This document shows, one piece after another, positions 1-11,350 of a DNA stretch of 64,000 nt. The DNA comes from Nitrospinota bacterium (GTDB lineage: Bacteria > Nitrospinota > Nitrospinia > Nitrospinales > VA-1). The notes under the pieces were generated by a model that was not told the origin of the DNA, made no database searches, and saw nothing but the letters and a program-made list of their open reading frames with translations. Position 1 is the stretch's first letter. Every line of letters begins with the position of its first letter. Position numbers and translations under genes: made by a program. The stretch spans positions 462 to 64,461 of the forward strand of contig JAOMDP010000012.1 of the NCBI GenBank assembly GCA_028345515.1, written 5' to 3'.

Positions 1-64
1 GGAACTTGGGTAAAAAGGTTTCTGTATCAATTCTCAAACTTCATCTTTCTGCCGGTTGGGACAT
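1..64 (-). other. Possible 5' end of a CDS running off the window edge (ATG at 64 with in-frame TGA at codon 8, or TTG start at 37)
   Basis: Minus strand reads ATG TCC CAA CCG GCA GAA AGA TGA AGT TTG AGA ATT GAT ACA GAA ACC TTT TTA CCC AAG TTC; too short to classify. Confidence 0.3.
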
Positions 65-256
65 AGGTCTTTTACTCAGGAAATCAAGATTTGATCCGCC
101 TATGGGCTATTGACTTTTAATTGGCGTGTCTGTCAATGGTTAGTTTGACTTGTGATTTTTTTATAAAAACATTGCCAATTGAAAAGATTCAGGGTAAATG
201 AGTCTTAGGCCAGCTAGATATTGAAGTAAAGATAAATATTTACCGTTAGAGAATGA

Positions 257-1492
257 ATGCATAATTTGAAATCTTGGTTGAAAAACATACTCCTCTTTAT
301 ATTTAGCCTTACCTTGGTTTTGTTGATTGGTGAGTGGCTTTTCCCAAAATATCTAAATAAATTACCTTTTCGCTTATACGGGGGGGTTAAAAATGAGCTG
401 AGGATTCTTGCTCAATATTCAAAACATTCCGTTTTACCTGAAAACTATATTGCCATAGTTGGAGATTCAAATTCTGTAGGTGTTGGGGATTTGTACAAAA
501 ATCTCACAAAGAATTCAAAGGAATGGTATCCAGACTATTCTCCTGCTCATTTTATTAATAAGGCAGTCGGAGTAGATGTTGTTTCGTTTGGCCTGGCTGG
601 AGCTGGAAGTTTTCAGGGCATCTGGAGTGAACCAGTCAACCAGTTTAACTATATAAACTCACTAGGATTTGATATTAAACCGCCAAAAACTGTGCTGGTT
701 TTATTTTATGAAGGTAACGACATAGGAAATAATCTCCAATTGGTTAGAGAAAGTTATAAAGGTAGTGAAGCTATTCAAGACCTTAATCATTTTAAAAAAT
801 TTAATTCATGGTTAAATCTTCAATTCGAAAATTCTATTAAAGAAAATTATATTGGGTTTTTTGAAAATCTAATTTTTACGAATTTTATTTTTAAATCGAT
901 AAAGAATATTTTTTTAGAAAATCTAAATAAAAAAGAGAAGTTTGATCGAATTATATTTCCTGCAACCCCATTTTCACAAGCTACTATGAACGGGGAAACT
1001 GTTCCTTTGCCTGTTCACTTAATGGCGCCACCATTATTTGGAGTTACATTTTTAGACAAAAAGCATGGCTACAATGATGATAGCCTGAGAATTGGTTATT
1101 ATATTTTCGAAAGAGCGATTGAAAAAATTAAGAAGTTTTTCTCTAATTCGGAAATTAAGGTTGTCTACTTGCCATCGACATTGGCTTCCTATGAATTAAT
1201 CTCATCAACAGTATCATTCAGAGGAAATATGGGAGACTTTGGAATTATTACAACGAAAAAACTAAACCAAAGGCATTTAGAAGTTTGTCGAGAAATTATG
1301 AAAATTACCCAAGGGCTTGAAGTGGGATTTTTTGATTCAACTAAATATTTGTTGGATGCTAGCTCAAAAAGTTATATCCACGGGCCAATTGACTGGGATC
1401 ATCTAAATGAATCTGGATATAGGGCTTTATCACATGGAATTTCGCAATTTATACTTCATCCCAATGACAACTATCAAAATTGTAAATATTGA
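257..1492 (+). CDS. Membrane-anchored SGNH/GDSL hydrolase-family protein
   Basis: N-terminal TM helix; block I GDSNS, block III YEGND, block V DWDH. Confidence 0.8.
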   Translation: MHNLKSWLKNILLFIFSLTLVLLIGEWLFPKYLNKLPFRLYGGVKNELRILAQYSKHSVLPENYIAIVGDSNSVGVGDLYKNLTKNSKEWYPDYSPAHFINKAVGVDVVSFGLAGAGSFQGIWSEPVNQFNYINSLGFDIKPPKTVLVLFYEGNDIGNNLQLVRESYKGSEAIQDLNHFKKFNSWLNLQFENSIKENYIGFFENLIFTNFIFKSIKNIFLENLNKKEKFDRIIFPATPFSQATMNGETVPLPVHLMAPPLFGVTFLDKKHGYNDDSLRIGYYIFERAIEKIKKFFSNSEIKVVYLPSTLASYELISSTVSFRGNMGDFGIITTKKLNQRHLEVCREIMKITQGLEVGFFDSTKYLLDASSKSYIHGPIDWDHLNESGYRALSHGISQFILHPNDNYQNCKY

Positions 1493-1559
1493 TGGTACCT
1501 GGATTTCTTAAAAGTCGAGTTTTGTTTGATTCAGCTGCGAGAGACTATTGAGAGACTTT

Positions 1560-2765
1560 TTAGAGCCCCCGACCATAAAGTTTATTGGCTTCGATAGCAA
1601 TTTTGTCATGAAAGTATAATACCAGCCAACGCTTACCTCCCTCTTTAACCAATCCGAATGCCACATCACGGAAAAGAATTCCCGGTTGTTTTTTTTGAAT
1701 GGTCCTATACAAGGTTTGTGACCATTTAGCGATACGACCGACCTGAAATTTGTTTGTCCATTCAAATACCTTATTTTTTCCCAGAGGCAAGGTGATGTCT
1801 CTCGCTTTCGTCAATTGGGAGATTTGAATTTTTAAAAGTTTATTTAGCACTGGTTTTTGCCGCAATCGTCCTATCCCATCCAACGATTCAGAGACAGATT
1901 TCAGCAAGTCGCAAATACGTACCTCGTAAAAAGGGTAGGAAGATTCAGAATTATAGTAACGGGCAATTTCATCAGCCAAGCCAAAATAAATTTGCCCCAC
2001 TTGCTTCCATGAAAGCACTGTCGTTAAAAATAGAACCTTTTTTTTCGAAGACTCTGCAATCTGCTTTACATTTTCCGGAAGAAATAACTCGGGCTCATCT
2101 TGAAGGTCATCCCAATCGTTTAAAATAGCTTCAGCTTCTACCTCCTCTTCACCCAAATTACTCCTATAAACTTTTATGGCCCCCTCTCCTACTAATAATA
2201 TCCACTGAGTTAAAAGCGACCGGACTATATTTTTTTTCAAGATTAGAAAAAGAGGACCAAGAAAATAATGCCGTGATGAAGTTTTGTGGCTATTGTTATT
2301 TTTATTGCCGAGCGACTTATTCAAGCTCTCGAAGATTTGAATCACTCGAAATTGTGTTACGTAGTTAATCCGAGGTAGATGAATAATATTTAAAACTTTA
2401 TGATTCGCTTCATGAACTGCATCACAAATATCACCTAAACAAGCTTGTTCGATTGGAGCCGTAGCATGGGGATGATATATGCAAGCTACTTTTTCGATCA
2501 AAGAAAATGTTTCAGCTTTAAAATCCCATTCTTCAAGATTCGCTTTCTGCAGTCCATCACAAACATTCAACGTTTCTTGAATAGCCTGTTTTTCTTTTTG
2601 AGAATTAGTTGTACTGCTACGTGAGTTGAACGAAACCAACTCGACTTTCAACCACGAAAAAAGACGGTTCATTCCGGCAAGTTCTTTGAACATACTTACG
2701 GTAAAACTTATCACTAATATAATGACTCCAAAAAGGAGAACAAAAAAAATATCAATGATCGTCAT
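1560..2765 (-). CDS. Membrane-anchored hypothetical protein with two tandem copies of one domain
   Basis: 401-aa ORF with N-terminal TM; internal similarity LIEKVACIYHPHATAP vs LADEIARYYNSESSYP. Confidence 0.8.
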   Translation of the reverse strand: MTIIDIFFVLLFGVIILVISFTVSMFKELAGMNRLFSWLKVELVSFNSRSSTTNSQKEKQAIQETLNVCDGLQKANLEEWDFKAETFSLIEKVACIYHPHATAPIEQACLGDICDAVHEANHKVLNIIHLPRINYVTQFRVIQIFESLNKSLGNKNNNSHKTSSRHYFLGPLFLILKKNIVRSLLTQWILLVGEGAIKVYRSNLGEEEVEAEAILNDWDDLQDEPELFLPENVKQIAESSKKKVLFLTTVLSWKQVGQIYFGLADEIARYYNSESSYPFYEVRICDLLKSVSESLDGIGRLRQKPVLNKLLKIQISQLTKARDITLPLGKNKVFEWTNKFQVGRIAKWSQTLYRTIQKKQPGILFRDVAFGLVKEGGKRWLVLYFHDKIAIEANKLYGRGL

Positions 2766-2869
2766 AGCATTAAGTTTATAATGTTATCGAAAAGAAATTT
2801 TGGTGTTATATTGCATTTACATGTTTCCAGGACATAGGAAGCAACCAGTAAACCTTTAACAGGTATCAA

Positions 2870-3283
2870 TTGATGGTTTACCGTTCCCTTAAAATTTTGG
2901 TATTGGTAATACTTATCCTCATTCTAACCCAATGCAGCGATAAGAAAAGTGCTGAATATGTACAAGAAGGTTTGGACTATTTAGGGAAACAACAATATGA
3001 CTCCGCCCGCACATCCTTTTTGAAATCTATAGAGAAGGATCAAAATAACGCGAAAGGTTATTATGGTCTCGGAGGAATTTATAATTACCAGAAAAAATAT
3101 CAGGATGCTGAAAAAGCATTTAAATCTGTATTGAAAATCGACCCTACTCATCAAAATGCCTGGTACAGTTTGGGCTATACTTACGAATTGATGGGAAGGA
3201 AAGACGAGGCGGAAGAGAGTTATAAAAAATACCGACGCCTTAAAGAAAAAATGGATTCGCTCATGAACCAGGAAAAACATTGA
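2870..3283 (+). CDS. Tetratricopeptide-repeat lipoprotein
   Basis: Signal peptide ending LTQC; TPR motifs (AKGYYGLGGIY, AWYSLGYTY). Confidence 0.85.
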   Translation: MMVYRSLKILVLVILILILTQCSDKKSAEYVQEGLDYLGKQQYDSARTSFLKSIEKDQNNAKGYYGLGGIYNYQKKYQDAEKAFKSVLKIDPTHQNAWYSLGYTYELMGRKDEAEESYKKYRRLKEKMDSLMNQEKH

Positions 3284-4128
3284 GACTCGTTTTTATTTTC
3301 ATCATTATTTTTGTATGGGTAAGTGCCTGTGGGCCCACTAAAAATAATCGAAAACGATATACGAAACCTGACTACTCGAAGGCTTACAAAAAAAAATCAC
3401 GTCAAAAATCTCTTAAAGCTAAAAAAAACGAGTCTTCAAAATTATCCAGCCGACCCCATGCTTTAATGAGCAACTCCTTCCTCCCCACCATTCTAAATGA
3501 AAAAGATCAGACACTGATGATTCTTATTAAACAGGGGGAATACCTTATGGGAGTTAAAAAAATAACTCCACAGGGAACAGACAAATCAGAAAAATTTGAC
3601 GGCCAGCGCGTCGCACTTAACGCTTTTTATATAGATAGAACGGAAGTTACCGTTTTGAATTATAAAAAGTTTCAACCTCGTTACAACGAAAAACCTTTCA
3701 CAGATGGAAAATCTTGTCCACAATGTCCCGCCATGGGAATCAACTGGAATAAAGCTTATAACTATTGTAAATGGGCTGGTAAACGTTTGCCTAGCGAAGC
3801 AGAATGGGAAGCCGCTGCTCGAGGCCAGTCTAATTTAATCTGGCCATGGGGGAAAAAATACCAACTACAGCGTGCCAACCTATTTGGAGCAGAGGACGGT
3901 CATTTAGGTGTTGCTGCAGTAGGCTCTTTTTCTAAGGGTTCCAGCCCTTATGGAGCTATGGATATGGCTGGCAATGTTTGGGAATGGGTTCAGACAGATT
4001 ATAAAGGCTTGCGAGTTATCAAAGGAGGCGGCTGGACCAGTTATAAAAGCCAGTCAAAAATATCTTTCCGTAACAAAGTGGATCCTAAACTGGAAAACCC
4101 GACCTTCGGTTTTCGCTGCGCTCGCTAA
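3280..4128 (+). CDS. Formylglycine-generating enzyme (SUMF1/FGE-sulfatase) domain lipoprotein
   Basis: Lipobox VSAC; motifs FYIDRTEVT, RLPSEAEWEAAARG, DMAGNVWEW, GFRC; 4-nt overlap with the TPR gene. Confidence 0.9.
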   Translation: MRLVFIFIIIFVWVSACGPTKNNRKRYTKPDYSKAYKKKSRQKSLKAKKNESSKLSSRPHALMSNSFLPTILNEKDQTLMILIKQGEYLMGVKKITPQGTDKSEKFDGQRVALNAFYIDRTEVTVLNYKKFQPRYNEKPFTDGKSCPQCPAMGINWNKAYNYCKWAGKRLPSEAEWEAAARGQSNLIWPWGKKYQLQRANLFGAEDGHLGVAAVGSFSKGSSPYGAMDMAGNVWEWVQTDYKGLRVIKGGGWTSYKSQSKISFRNKVDPKLENPTFGFRCAR

Positions 4129-4147
4129 ACCTTTTGATGCTCTGACT

Positions 4148-4182
4148 AAAAAGCAGAAAGGCCGACGATGGAAACGCCGGCC
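4148..4182 (-). terminator. Intrinsic terminator downstream of nrdJ
   Basis: Hairpin GGCCG..CGGCC (4160-4182) followed by a T-rich tract on the minus strand. Confidence 0.6.
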
Positions 4183-4221
4183 CGGACTCCTGCAAACATT
4201 TTAAACAAGGGGGGGGGTAAA

Positions 4222-7200
4222 TCAGGAGCAACCTGAAGTTGCTCCACAGGTCATGCATTTTAAACATGTGCCATTTCGTACCAGTGTTAGGCTGCCGCAT
4301 TCCTGGCAAGCATCTCCTTCATATCCTTTAAGCTTGGCAATTACCGCTGTAGTAGCGACCGCAGTACCCTGCTTGCTGCTCAGTTTGGCAGCACCATTAC
4401 CGTTGCCATTACCGTTGCCATGACCATTGCCGTTGCCATGCCCGTTTCCGTTGGTAGGAACCGCCTTAATGACGGGAGCAACTTGAACTTTTGTATCTGT
4501 AGATTCCTTTTTTTCATTTTCTATAAGGAGCGGTAATACATTATTATCGTCTTCATCATCATTAGACTGTTGGTCTTTCTTTCCAATCGAGTCTGCCCTC
4601 AAATCATCTGGAGTAACTTGAGCCAGATCGTCACGCCCTAAATAAGTGATCGCCAATTCGCGGAAAATATAATCAATCGTTGAAGTAGACATGCTGATAG
4701 ATTTATTTCCCGTAACCAAACCATTAGGTTCAAAACGTGTAAACACAAAAGCATCTGAAAATTCTTCCAGAGGTACCCCGTGTTGGAGTCCTAAAGAAAT
4801 TGCAATAGCAAAGCAGTTCATCAAACTTCGATAGGCCGCACCTTCCTTGTGCATATCGATGAAAATTTCACCGAGTGTACCATCCTCATATTCTCCCGTT
4901 CTCAGATAAACCTTGTGTCCACCAATAGAAGCCTTTTGCGTGTAACCTTTACGTCGATGTGGGAGAGCCCGGCGTTTTTGTTGGATAATCTTGGTCATCT
5001 GCTCAGCGGCTTTCATGGCCGGTGCCAGAGGGGCAACGGTTTCCTCATCTTCTTCCATTTGTAATTGGTTAAAGCTTTCAATAGCAACACTATTTAAAGG
5101 TTGGCTAAGTTTAGAGCCATCCCGATAGACGGCTGTCCCCTTTAGCATAAGTTTCCAGCTAAGCATATGTGCTTTTTCTACATCTTCAATGGTTGCATCG
5201 TTTGGCATATTGATTGTCTTGGAAATTGCTCCTGAAAGAAAAGGCTGGGCAGCAGCCATCATTTGGATATGGGCCTCCGGCCTAATAAACCGCTCACCAT
5301 ATTTCCCGCACTTCGTAGCACAATCAAAAACTGAATAATGACTTTTTTTCAAATGCGGCGCATTTTCAATCGTCATGCGACCACAAATATAATCATTTGC
5401 GGATTGAATTTCATCTTCAGCGAACCCCAAATGTGCCAACAAATTAAAAGCAATCGAATCGATCTGCTTATCATCAAGTTTCAGAACGTCTTTACAAAAT
5501 TCTTCTCCCAAAACAAACTTGTTGAATGCAAAACTGATGTCAAAAACACGCGGCAGCTCCAATTCAATGTTATTGATCACTTTATCGGTAAAACCTTTTT
5601 TCTTTAGGGAATTGCGATTGATATACGGTGAAGAATCCAAGCTTCCTGATCCCACACAATATTCAACAATTTCCTTTACCTCTCCAGGCTTATAACCCAA
5701 TCGCCGTAAGGCACCTGGAACCGATTGATTTATAATTTTAAAATAACCGCCGCCTGCGAGTTTTTTATACTTAACCAACGCATAGTCAGGCTCAATACCG
5801 GTGGTATCGCAGTCCATTAACAGACCAATAGTACCTGTTGGTGCGATACAGGTGGTTTGTGCATTGCGAAAACCATATTTCTTACCTAGGGTCAAAGCAT
5901 CGGCCCATTCTTTTTGCGCCGCGTCCAGAAGATAGGTTGGGCAATGGTCGGCTTGAATTCCCTGTGGGAAAATGCTGAGACCATCGTATTCATTAGATTC
6001 AACGTTGTGGGCCGCACGAGAGTGGTTTTTCAGCACACGTAGCATGGAAGATTTATTTTTTTCATAGTGTGTAAATGCCCCTAACTCTTTTGCTATTTCT
6101 GCGGACATAGCATAGGAAGCTCCGGTGGTCATAGCAGATATAGCACCGGCAATCGCCCGACCTTTTTCTGAGTCGTAAGGAATTCCCATGACCATAAGCA
6201 TCGCACCGAGATTTGCATAGCCTAAACCCAGGGTGCGAAATTCATAGCTCTTTTGCGCAATTGCTTTATTAGGAAACTGAGCCATAGAAACAGAAATTTC
6301 AAGGGTGAGGGTCCACAACCGGCAGGCATGTCGATAGTCCTCTGCTTCAAATAACCCTTTTTCATCGTTATAAAATTTCATTAGGTTAATCGACGCCAGA
6401 TTGCAAGCCGTATCATCAAGGAACATATATTCCGAACAGGGGTTCGACGCACGAATCTGACCATCTTCAGGGCAGGTGTGCCATTCATTGATGGTAGTAT
6501 GAAACTGTAGTCCAGGATCGGCGCTAGACCAGGAAGAAAAATTCACTTTATCCCAAAGATCCCTCGCTGGAAGAGTCTTAGAAATCTCACCATCTGTTCT
6601 GCGAAGCAAGTTCCATTCTCCACCACACTCAACACTATTTAAGAAGTCATTGCTAAGACGAACTGAGTTGTTTGAGTTCTGGCCGGAAACCGTCAAATAA
6701 CCTTCAGAAGTCCAACTGGTATCATATTCCTCAAACTCAATCTCCTTGGTTCCTTGTTGAGCCAATTGGATAACGCGGTAAATATAATTTTCAGGGACAA
6801 AACAATCGAGAGCTTTGCGAACAGCTTTTTTAAGAGGTTTATTTTTCTGTACTTCAAAACGAGTTTCCTCTTTTAAACCCTCTCCCCAGCAGGCTTTTAA
6901 AATATCTTTTAGACAACGGCGGGTAATCCGGCTTCCTGCAGCCAAAGCCGCCACCTTTCTTTCTTCCTTGACCTTCCATTCTATGTATTCTTCGATATCG
7001 GGGTGATCCATATCGAGGGTCACCATTTTCGCAGCCCGCCTCGTAGTTCCACCAGATTTAATCGCACCCGCAGCCCTATCGCCAATTTTCAAGAAGCTCA
7101 TGAGACCAGAAGACTTACCGCCCCCCGATAATCCCTCCCCAGAACCGCGAAGATTGGAAAAGTTGCTCCCTGTTCCTGATCCAAATTTGAACAAGCGCGC

Positions 7201-7863
7201 CTCTTGACGCCACAAATCCATGATTCCGCCATCGCCTACGAGATCATCATCAACGGAAAGGATGAAGCAGGCATGCGGCTGAGGCCTTTCATAAGCATTT
7301 GTCGATTTTTGTATTTTTCCAACCGCTTCATCAAAATAGTAATGGCCTTGAGCAGGCCCCTCTAAACCGTATGCCCAGTTTATACCTGTATTAAACCATT
7401 GCGGAGAGTTCGGTGCTGCAAGCTGGCGTGCCAGCATATAACGCATTTCGTCATAATAATTACGTGCAACCTTTTCACTGCTAAAACAATTATTCTTCCA
7501 TCCCCAATAGGTCCAGCATCCAGCTAATCTATGAAAAACTTCTTTGGAAGTCGACTCACAGATATATTGTTCTGCTACTGGAAGTTCCTTTAGAGCTTCT
7601 TCATCTGGGACAGAGGGACATAGCCATTCGGGGATCCCCGCTTCAAATTTCTTTTTTAAACGCGCCGGAACTCCTGCCTTGCGAAAATATTTTTGTGCGA
7701 TGATATCGACCGCTACCTGCGACCATGAATCCGGAACAAGAACATTTTTAATTTCAGCCACCAAAGAACCGTCAGCGTTGTTAATTTTAGATACTCGCTC
7801 AACGAACTTGATACCTTCGTACGGGTCATTAGATTCTCGGGTAAATTTCCGGTCAATTCGCAT
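4222..7863 (-). CDS. nrdJ: Vitamin B12-dependent (class II) ribonucleotide reductase with C-terminal TSCPD and Zn-finger region
   Basis: [18 protein letters not shown], catalytic [24 protein letters not shown]-terminal CxxC...CxxC..GCS. Confidence 0.97.
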   Translation of the reverse strand: MRIDRKFTRESNDPYEGIKFVERVSKINNADGSLVAEIKNVLVPDSWSQVAVDIIAQKYFRKAGVPARLKKKFEAGIPEWLCPSVPDEEALKELPVAEQYICESTSKEVFHRLAGCWTYWGWKNNCFSSEKVARNYYDEMRYMLARQLAAPNSPQWFNTGINWAYGLEGPAQGHYYFDEAVGKIQKSTNAYERPQPHACFILSVDDDLVGDGGIMDLWRQEARLFKFGSGTGSNFSNLRGSGEGLSGGGKSSGLMSFLKIGDRAAGAIKSGGTTRRAAKMVTLDMDHPDIEEYIEWKVKEERKVAALAAGSRITRRCLKDILKACWGEGLKEETRFEVQKNKPLKKAVRKALDCFVPENYIYRVIQLAQQGTKEIEFEEYDTSWTSEGYLTVSGQNSNNSVRLSNDFLNSVECGGEWNLLRRTDGEISKTLPARDLWDKVNFSSWSSADPGLQFHTTINEWHTCPEDGQIRASNPCSEYMFLDDTACNLASINLMKFYNDEKGLFEAEDYRHACRLWTLTLEISVSMAQFPNKAIAQKSYEFRTLGLGYANLGAMLMVMGIPYDSEKGRAIAGAISAMTTGASYAMSAEIAKELGAFTHYEKNKSSMLRVLKNHSRAAHNVESNEYDGLSIFPQGIQADHCPTYLLDAAQKEWADALTLGKKYGFRNAQTTCIAPTGTIGLLMDCDTTGIEPDYALVKYKKLAGGGYFKIINQSVPGALRRLGYKPGEVKEIVEYCVGSGSLDSSPYINRNSLKKKGFTDKVINNIELELPRVFDISFAFNKFVLGEEFCKDVLKLDDKQIDSIAFNLLAHLGFAEDEIQSANDYICGRMTIENAPHLKKSHYSVFDCATKCGKYGERFIRPEAHIQMMAAAQPFLSGAISKTINMPNDATIEDVEKAHMLSWKLMLKGTAVYRDGSKLSQPLNSVAIESFNQLQMEEDEETVAPLAPAMKAAEQMTKIIQQKRRALPHRRKGYTQKASIGGHKVYLRTGEYEDGTLGEIFIDMHKEGAAYRSLMNCFAIAISLGLQHGVPLEEFSDAFVFTRFEPNGLVTGNKSISMSTSTIDYIFRELAITYLGRDDLAQVTPDDLRADSIGKKDQQSNDDEDDNNVLPLLIENEKKESTDTKVQVAPVIKAVPTNGNGHGNGNGHGNGNGNGNGAAKLSSKQGTAVATTAVIAKLKGYEGDACQECGSLTLVRNGTCLKCMTCGATSGCS

Positions 7864-7994
7864 AAAAACGCTCCATCCTATATAATTTAATTAGGACCAA
7901 TAAATTAACTAGTTATATCTTTAATATGTCATAAAATTTTTGCTTCTCCCCGCCTTTTTATTACTCTTTTCAAAAGACCATCTCGAATCACAAA

Positions 7995-8047
7995 AATCCA
8001 TATTTTGTGTTGTCAGACAAAATATATACAAGATATGGGGTTGTCAA
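7995..8047 (-). promoter_or_regulatory. Tandem NrdR boxes overlapping a sigma70 promoter of nrdJ
   Basis: 16-mers aatccatattttgtgt (7995-8010) and atacaagatatggggt (8026-8041) resemble the NrdR consensus and start 31 bp apart; minus-strand TTGACA (8047-8042), 17-nt spacer, TATTTT (8024-8019). Confidence 0.8.
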
Positions 8048-8239
8048 TGAAATTCTGTGACCAGTTTGAAACTTTCTATCAAGGCCACTTTCCATAAAGG
8101 TTTCAGCCTCTTACCATACATCATATTTAAGCAAATAAAAAGCGAAAATTTAAAGCGAGAATATAAAAAAATGATTTTAATAATTGATTATTAAGGGATT
8201 ATGGGTATGTTTTTTTTGAATTCTCTATACAAGCTGATC

Positions 8240-9679
8240 TTATGGGCTGTGCCAGCTTATCGCAATTTTGCCGACAAATTCCATGAGGCGAAACGGGTTT
8301 TCGCTGGAATTTTCGGCCAATTTTATATGGGTAGCATCAACTCTATCCTGTCCAAAAGTTGGGTCCATAGCTCTCCATTCTCCTATAAAAACCTCCGGCC
8401 AGGCATGATAAAGAAAACCTTCATATTCCTTGGAATAAACCAACCCGTGGACCATACGAGTAGGAATTCCTGAAGCACGGGCCAAAGCTGTAAATAAAAA
8501 GGTGTGCGACTGGCATTCACCGCGCATTTCCAATAGAGCGTCGAGGGCTGTAACTGTATCCACCAATTCCTTTTTCAGATTTAAATGTACCCATAAATTT
8601 ATACTTTTTGCCAGTTGCCATTTTGTTTTATTATCCGCCGAAAGTTCTCTGGCGAGCGCCCGAATCATCTTGTGATTCGACTGCACTTCAGCCGTATCCT
8701 CTAAATATTTTGGATCAAGCTCAACCTTTCCTTGTTCCAAAGAAAGAACCCCAAATTTTTTCGGCTCGCTTTTGACCCTTATAGTAGCGCTGTATTTCCC
8801 ATCATCGTTTTTTTCAAGCTTTAAAACTTTTTGCCGGTGATCCTCGGGCAAAGCTTTCAAAGAACTTAAAGGCCCGATCCTGTAAATAAGATCATGTTTA
8901 CTTTTCGGTCGAGGCACTGGCTTTGCCGGTTTCACCAAGCTCATTGTAATAATACTACTTATTGTTATTGCTTCATCAATCTTTTGTGCTACCTCGGGCT
9001 CTTCCTTAAATGATTCAAACCCCATATTAGTAGTCTCGCGAAACACCGTACCATCCTGTGCCACCCAAATGGTGGACTCCATGCCAATGAACCGTTGGCG
9101 GATCACAAATGTATTAATGATGCTTCCAAGATATTTTAGTGTTTCTTCCCTTAAGACCTCATATTCTAGATCCACCATTATTTGAAAAGGCTCCATAAAT
9201 AACTGCAGGTTTCCATGCTGACCGACTTTCAATCCCTTGGAGACTAAATTGATTAGAAAAGTAGAAGAAGGCACGGTTTGAGAGTTAAACTTCACCGTTT
9301 TTTCTTTGTTATAACCCAAGGATTTGGTGCGGTAATGAAGTTCGTTGCCTTCAAGCTTGCCTTCCACCTGCTGGCGATGGCCCGCAATTTCCTGTATTAA
9401 AGAAAAGCGCGATAATCTGAAATCAGGGCTAAGCTCCGTAGTCTGTTTAATAGTGGTAGACTGGTCTGCTGACTCGGAGCCAATTTTAAAAAAGACCATC
9501 GAATCCATCACAACTCCCTCAGGCCCCCAACGGGTTTTAGATTTCGTAAAACCCATCTTTTTCCCCTTATAATAGGTACCAAGCCAGTCTTCCCTTTCCC
9601 CCGCGCCTTCAAACAGGGGAGAAGAATGAACAATAGACACAAAAACAAAGAATGCTAAATTGAGAATAGTTTTAATCAT
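8240..9679 (-). CDS. Exported transglutaminase-like domain protein
   Basis: Signal peptide; triad motifs GECQSH, YHAWPE, MDPT. Confidence 0.88.
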   Translation of the reverse strand: MIKTILNLAFFVFVSIVHSSPLFEGAGEREDWLGTYYKGKKMGFTKSKTRWGPEGVVMDSMVFFKIGSESADQSTTIKQTTELSPDFRLSRFSLIQEIAGHRQQVEGKLEGNELHYRTKSLGYNKEKTVKFNSQTVPSSTFLINLVSKGLKVGQHGNLQLFMEPFQIMVDLEYEVLREETLKYLGSIINTFVIRQRFIGMESTIWVAQDGTVFRETTNMGFESFKEEPEVAQKIDEAITISSIITMSLVKPAKPVPRPKSKHDLIYRIGPLSSLKALPEDHRQKVLKLEKNDDGKYSATIRVKSEPKKFGVLSLEQGKVELDPKYLEDTAEVQSNHKMIRALARELSADNKTKWQLAKSINLWVHLNLKKELVDTVTALDALLEMRGECQSHTFLFTALARASGIPTRMVHGLVYSKEYEGFLYHAWPEVFIGEWRAMDPTFGQDRVDATHIKLAENSSENPFRLMEFVGKIAISWHSP

Positions 9680-9865
9680 GATGGACTTTATTGGAACATG
9701 GCAAAAATGAATCTACAAGGGTAAAGGCTAAGCTTATAGACCGATTATAAAACTTAACGAGTGTTTTTCATCCCCATCGGACAAAGAAATCTAATGCAAG
9801 AATATGGAAAGGCGTGCTACTATTAAATTTTTATATTTTATCCAATTTTTATCTATTCAAAACTT

Positions 9866-11332
9866 ATGATTGATCCTCAAAAAGTCCCGACCTACCTGAC
9901 TTTTGATGATGTTTTACTACTCCCTGCGTACTCTAAGGTTTTGCCTACAGATGTAGATATTACCACGCGTTTGACTCGAAAAATTAAATTGAAATGCCCG
10001 TTAATCGGTGCACCGATGGATACCGTAACCGAAACCAATTTAGCCATTGCCCTGGCACAAGAGGGGGGTATCGGTATCATTCACAGAAATCTCAAACCCG
10101 AAAGACAACGTAAAATGGTGGACAAGGTCAAACGATCAGTCAGCGCCATGATCCCTGACCCAATAACAATGGAACCCGAGCAGAAAATAAGCGAAGCACT
10201 TCAGGTAATGAAAAAATACAATATTACGGGAATTCCCATAACCCAGAACAAAAAACTAGTGGGAATTTTGACCAATCGTGATTTGAGGTTTGAAACCAAG
10301 CTCGACAAAAAAATTAAGTCTCTGATGACCCAAGAAGATCTAGTCACGATCCCCGAGGGCACACCTCTTTCAAAATCTAAAAAGATTTTGCATGACAACC
10401 GAATCGAAAAACTATTAGTTGTCGATAAAAAAGGAAATCTAAAAGGGCTCATCACCATTAAGGACATAGAAAAGGCGGGTCAGTTTCCTAACGCGGCCAA
10501 AGACTCGAAAGGCAGACTGCTTGTCGGAGCCGCTCTGGGGGTCAACCAAAATCCAGAAGAACATATCGAAAACCTGATAAGAGTCGGGCTGGATGTTCTT
10601 GTCATCGACAGTGCTCACGGCCATTCGGAAAAAGTTTTAAGAACCATTGGTACAATAAAAAATTCTTTTCCAAACCTGCAAATCATTGGCGGCAACGTTG
10701 CAACAAGTGAAGGCACCGCAGCATTGATTAAAGCCGGTGTCGATGCTGTTAAAGTTGGGATCGGTCCAGGTTCGATTTGTACTACACGGGTAGTAAGCGG
10801 AGTCGGAGTCCCCCAGGTATCAGCCGTTGCAGAATGTGTAAAAATAGCAGAAAAGAAAAATATTCCAGTCATTTCGGACGGTGGTATAAAACTGTCCGGG
10901 GATGTCACCAAGGCAATTGCTGCCGGAGCCAGCTCTGTAATGATCGGCTCTTTATTTGCCGGAACGGAAGAAAGTCCTGGTGAAAAAATTCTTTACCAGG
11001 GAAGAAGTTATAAAGAATATCGAGGCATGGGCTCCATCGGCGCCATGTCGCAGGGCTCAAGTGATCGATACTTTCAAGAAATGGAATTGTCTGAAAGCAA
11101 ACTAGTGCCTGAAGGAGTAGAAGCACGCATACCCTATCGAGGTGCTTTGTCTTTCACAGTCCACCAACTTCTTGGAGGTCTGCGCGCTGGAATGGGATAT
11201 TGTGGTGCTGCATCTATTGAAGAATTAAGAAAAAATGCTTCGTTCATTAAAGTCACTCCTTCTGGACTTCGCGAAAGTCATGTCCATGACGTTATCGTTA
11301 CCAAAGAAGCACCTAATTATCACATCGACTAA
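9866..11332 (+). CDS. guaB: IMP dehydrogenase (with CBS pair)
   Basis: [19 protein letters not shown] catalytic loop, YRGMGS. Confidence 0.98.
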   Translation: MIDPQKVPTYLTFDDVLLLPAYSKVLPTDVDITTRLTRKIKLKCPLIGAPMDTVTETNLAIALAQEGGIGIIHRNLKPERQRKMVDKVKRSVSAMIPDPITMEPEQKISEALQVMKKYNITGIPITQNKKLVGILTNRDLRFETKLDKKIKSLMTQEDLVTIPEGTPLSKSKKILHDNRIEKLLVVDKKGNLKGLITIKDIEKAGQFPNAAKDSKGRLLVGAALGVNQNPEEHIENLIRVGLDVLVIDSAHGHSEKVLRTIGTIKNSFPNLQIIGGNVATSEGTAALIKAGVDAVKVGIGPGSICTTRVVSGVGVPQVSAVAECVKIAEKKNIPVISDGGIKLSGDVTKAIAAGASSVMIGSLFAGTEESPGEKILYQGRSYKEYRGMGSIGAMSQGSSDRYFQEMELSESKLVPEGVEARIPYRGALSFTVHQLLGGLRAGMGYCGAASIEELRKNASFIKVTPSGLRESHVHDVIVTKEAPNYHID

Positions 11333-11350
11333 AGTACAAATAAACTCTTA

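Noticed and set aside
4222-7863. Intein or intron in the long nrdJ
   Set aside because: No intein splice or LAGLIDADG motifs seen; the length is explained by the known long NrdJ form with a TSCPD domain
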